Shown here: piece by piece, positions 9,098-11,876 of the stretch
How positions within the stretch are numbered: position 1 is the stretch's first letter
How the letters are laid out: the number at the start of each line of letters is the position of its first letter
From: an archaeon
Lineage (GTDB): Archaea > Iainarchaeota > Iainarchaeia > Iainarchaeales > 0-14-0-20-34-12
NCBI GenBank assembly: GCA_038046645.1
Contig: JBBSVU010000020.1
Span: 1 to 11,876, forward strand
DNA: 11,876 nucleotides
Direction: 5' to 3'
Program-made: the position numbers and the translations under genes
Notes under the pieces: generated by a model
What the model saw: the letters and a program-made list of their open reading frames with translations, nothing else
What the model was told of the DNA's origin: nothing
Database searches by the model: none

Positions 9098-10924
9098 TTA
9101 CAGTCCTTTTTTTCCAAATGGCGAATACGGCATTCCTCCGCCTTCGAAAAATTTTGTAAAGAACTCAACATAATGCAATCTTACTGATTGGATGAATGAC
9201 CCTAGTACCCCTAAAAAAATATTTAATCCATGCCCTACCAGCAACACTAAAATTGCCCCGATAATGTAAAAACCGCCCATAGCCATGAAAATATTTGCAA
9301 ATTTATTTATGATTACTGCAAGTATTACTGATGATAGCCCAATCCCAAAAAGCCTTAAATAAGATAGGGTATTGCTTAAAAGCGATGGCAATTCAATTAT
9401 CCCTTTCGGGCCTTCTGCAAGGTAAAGCATTAAAACTGCGGCCAGTGCAAGTATTGCCCCTATTATTGTGCCAAATTCAAATAGCCCTAGCATCTGCAGG
9501 CCAATAAATGCTATTCCTAATTCAAGTATTAACCAGGATAATTTTTCCTGAACTGCTTTTACCAACCCGTGGTGTTTTAGCACATTGTAAAAGCCTATGA
9601 TAAATCCAACATTCAAATGTATTAAGCCGACAATCATAGTTATCATCATCATTGTTGGAATGTCATGCGCTCGGTTTATTAATGGATGCTCAAATATTTC
9701 TAACCCAAAGAATTCCCCGAATACAAAGCCAAAGAATATTGATGAGATTGAAGCAATCAACAAAATATTCAAAATTGCCTGCATATCCTTTGACTTGAAA
9801 AACCTTTTTAACAAAAAGAAAAGTACTGTTGTAACAATCCCATATCCTATGTCACCCAACATAAAGCCAAAAAATAAAGGGAAAGTAAATGCCATTAGAA
9901 CAGTTGGGTCTACCTCCATGTATTTTGGCAATGAATATAAATCAAGCAGGAATTCATACGGTTTTACAATCCCTGGATTATTCAAAGCAACAGGCGCCTG
10001 TTCTTCCTCTTCATGGTTATGCCCTTCAGCATGTTTTATTTCTTCTACATATGTGAGGTTATTGGCGCTTTTTGCAATTGCTTTTTGCAATTCTTCAAAA
10101 GAATCGGTTGGAACCCAGCCTGAGGCAACAAATGCATTCTTGCTTGCCCCAAACCTTAGTGGAATTTCAGCCTTTTCACTTAATTCAGACAATTTTTTTT
10201 CATAGCCCAGTAAAAATTCTGCATTTTCTGCACTTAATTTCTTAAATCCATTTTCAACCTTATTGATTTCTTCATTTGCCTGCTGTAATTTTCTCACTAA
10301 TTGATTTTGGTCTATGTTAAAATCAAGCCTTCTTTCCTTGAAATTAAATTCTTTTAATAATGGTAAAATATCATTCGCTTTTTTTCTTGGCACAAATAAT
10401 GCAATTGCATATTCTGAACCGGCATTTTTCTCGATAATATGGCAATCCCTTAATCCCCTTCTTGCAAGCTCCTCTTTTATCGGTGCTTTAACTGTACCTT
10501 TGAAAACCTCTACTGATTTGTAGCCTTCAAGCAAATCATATCTTGTTTCAAGTTTTAGCAATGGGTTGCCCAATGAATTAGTTAATGATTCCCTTTCTTT
10601 TTTCAGTTCATCAAGCCTTTTTGCATTATCCTCAAAATTAGCATAAACATCTAATAATTTTCTTGATGCCTGCCCTAAGTTAATGTTAAAATTCCCTTTT
10701 CCGGAAATCTTCAAATAGCTGATAAGGCCCCTTAATTTTACCAATTCAGAAGAATAGGTATCGCCTTCAGGGAAAGGTATTCCAATATCCAAAAAGCCTT
10801 GCTCTTCTTTTTTAAAATTTATTAAATGCAATAAATCTAATTCATATAGCCTATTCACCACATCTTTCTGCCTGCTTTTAGGGCCAGAGATCCTGATATG
10901 GGACATCTCCCTGGCTTTTAACAT
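9098..10924 (-). CDS. atpI: A/V-type ATP synthase subunit I (a)
   Basis: GWVP, YSLP.Y.EVDPT, FFGFMLGDIGYG, essential Arg in LSYLRL, RLHYVEFFTKFFEGGG..Y.PFG. Confidence 0.97.
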   Translation of the reverse strand: MLKAREMSHIRISGPKSRQKDVVNRLYELDLLHLINFKKEEQGFLDIGIPFPEGDTYSSELVKLRGLISYLKISGKGNFNINLGQASRKLLDVYANFEDNAKRLDELKKERESLTNSLGNPLLKLETRYDLLEGYKSVEVFKGTVKAPIKEELARRGLRDCHIIEKNAGSEYAIALFVPRKKANDILPLLKEFNFKERRLDFNIDQNQLVRKLQQANEEINKVENGFKKLSAENAEFLLGYEKKLSELSEKAEIPLRFGASKNAFVASGWVPTDSFEELQKAIAKSANNLTYVEEIKHAEGHNHEEEEQAPVALNNPGIVKPYEFLLDLYSLPKYMEVDPTVLMAFTFPLFFGFMLGDIGYGIVTTVLFFLLKRFFKSKDMQAILNILLIASISSIFFGFVFGEFFGLEIFEHPLINRAHDIPTMMMITMIVGLIHLNVGFIIGFYNVLKHHGLVKAVQEKLSWLILELGIAFIGLQMLGLFEFGTIIGAILALAAVLMLYLAEGPKGIIELPSLLSNTLSYLRLFGIGLSSVILAVIINKFANIFMAMGGFYIIGAILVLLVGHGLNIFLGVLGSFIQSVRLHYVEFFTKFFEGGGMPYSPFGKKGL

Positions 10925-11245
10925 TTACAACCCCTCTACCAGCCTGTTTACAAGGAATTCAGATTCTTTTCCAATATTGCTTGAAACAGATTTCTTTAAA
11001 TTAGAAATATTTGCTTGATTCGCACTTATCAATTCCCTGCTTGAATCATCAGCTTCCTTTGATGCATTTTCCAATGCCTTTGCTTTCAGTTTTTCAGCCT
11101 GGGAATCAGCACTTTCCATAATTTTTAATCCATTTACCCTTGCTTCCCGTATAATATCTGCTGCTTTTTCTTTTGCTTTTAAAATAATCAGTTCTGCCTT
11201 TTTTTCTGCATCTTTTATTTCAACTAAAGTCGCGTCTTCTGCCAT
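10925..11245 (-). CDS. atpH: A/V-type ATP synthase subunit H (G-like peripheral stalk)
   Basis: 106-aa Ala/Glu/Lys coiled coil (LVEIKDAEKKAE.II..A); first gene of the operon; stop abuts the atpI start (TAAATG); SD AGGTG at 11258-11254. Confidence 0.88.
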   Translation of the reverse strand: MAEDATLVEIKDAEKKAELIILKAKEKAADIIREARVNGLKIMESADSQAEKLKAKALENASKEADDSSRELISANQANISNLKKSVSSNIGKESEFLVNRLVEGL

Positions 11246-11344
11246 ACTGATTACACCTTGAGGGATCTACAGAGCATCCTAAAGAAGCCCTGCTAGTGTG
11301 TTAGAGCAAATTTGTATGAAATTTATAACAATTAATTTTGAATT

Positions 11345-11366
11345 AAGAAACCTTTTTAAATAAATG
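11345..11366. promoter_or_regulatory. Candidate archaeal TATA/BRE element, readable in both directions
   Basis: Plus strand AAGAAACC-TTTTTAAATA; minus strand TTTATTTAAAAAGG. It is the best TATA candidate upstream of atpH. Confidence 0.45.
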
Positions 11367-11438
11367 CCCGAATTGTCGTCAATTGGCTAAAAAGATGCCT
11401 ATAATGCTATTTGCTGGCAAGTATAATTGCTTATTCAC

Positions 11439-11654
11439 TGACACTCCACAGGTGCGCGGGCACAGTGTGGTATGCTGTATTGTTATATTTTTATAGAAAT
11501 TTTACTAATAAATTTCTATAGTATATCACACTGTGAAGCCATGTATTTTAATGCATGGAGGAGCGCACCCATTCATCTTCCTATATACGGGCTTCCGCCT
11601 AAAGCCTATTGTGAATATGAGATGCCACAGACTTTAGCTTGTGGAGGATATCAT
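11439..11654 (+). mobile_element. Highly structured non-coding element with two IS200/IS605-type end hairpins (non-autonomous PATE/MITE-like element or stand-alone structured RNA)
   Basis: Nested stems 11451-57/11563-69, 11461-79/11517-35 and 11492-502/11510-20; GAAG-CCATGTAT-TTTA-ATGCATGG-AGGAG (11535-11563); GATG-CCACAGAC-TTTA-GCTTGTGG-AGGATATCAT (11621-11654). Confidence 0.6.
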
Positions 11655-11663
11655 GTAGTATAG

Positions 11664-11679
11664 TAAACATTTTTATATA
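11664..11679 (+). promoter_or_regulatory. Archaeal TATA box for the downstream ATPase gene (probable leaderless transcript)
   Basis: TAAACATT-TTTATATA; the TATA at 11672-11679 lies about 23 nt before ATG 11702. Confidence 0.6.
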
Positions 11680-11701
11680 CTTTTGTTTAGTATATGACTA
11701 T

Positions 11702-11876
11702 ATGTTGCAAGATATTTTAGCTTTACAGAAGCGTGAATTAGATGCACGATTGGCAGAGCTTTATGTAAAGCGCGAGGCAAAATTCAGGAATGTTTCAAGC
11801 GACCTAATTAAGGTTGTAATAGGGCCCAGAAGGGCAGGAAAATCATTTTTTGCGATCCATGAACTGCAGAAACTAG
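11702..11876 (+). CDS. AAA+ superfamily ATPase (AAA_14/DUF4143-type), N-terminal part only
   Basis: Not in the ORF track; translated by hand as MLQDILALQKRELDARLAELYVKREAKFRNVSSDLIKVVIGPRRAGKSFFAIHELQKL. It has the Y..R motif and Walker A GPRRAGKS, and is open at the window end. Confidence 0.85.
   Translation, partial: MLQDILALQKRELDARLAELYVKREAKFRNVSSDLIKVVIGPRRAGKSFFAIHELQKL

Noticed and set aside
1973..10523. Many plus-strand ORFs (e.g. 2035-2553, 4689-5120, 6161-6601, 8052-8702, 9597-10205)
   Set aside because: Antisense shadows of well-supported ATP synthase genes, rich in Phe/Ser/Ile/Leu as expected from reverse-complemented Lys/Glu codons.
11444..11455. Minus-strand GCACCTGTGGAG resembling a motif seen in some tnpB 3'/omega-RNA regions
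   Set aside because: The match is short and is not followed on the minus strand by a right-end hairpin; it cannot be told apart from chance or from the plus-strand pairing already described.
11400..11660. tRNA, SRP RNA or RNase P RNA identity for the structured region
   Set aside because: No T-loop GTTCRA or cloverleaf, no SRP helix-8 motif and no RNase P P4 consensus seen; the interior is too AT-rich.
11472..11663. 63-aa plus-strand ORF
   Set aside because: It lies wholly within the palindromic element, has an odd composition and no SD or recognisable motif; the structure explains the sequence better.

Overview
Archaeal DNA (archaeal TATA/BRE promoters, GGAGG/AGGTG Shine-Dalgarno sites); a DPANN-type lineage is plausible but not provable from the window. 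Most of the window is a complete minus-strand A-type (A1AO, V/A-type) ATP synthase operon in the canonical order H-I-K-E-C-F-A-B-D (11245->1299). Subunit B carries a 527-aa intein with a LAGLIDADG homing endonuclease and extra HTH-like domains, while subunit A is intein-free. Downstream of the operon is an IS200/IS605-family remnant: a structured left end, a promoter, and a tnpB that breaks off after RuvC-II and runs head-on into atpD. Upstream is a ~215-nt, almost fully base-paired non-coding element with two IS200/IS605-type end hairpins, in the same orientation as tnpB. Partial genes lie at both edges: a basic hypothetical protein and an AAA_14-type ATPase.
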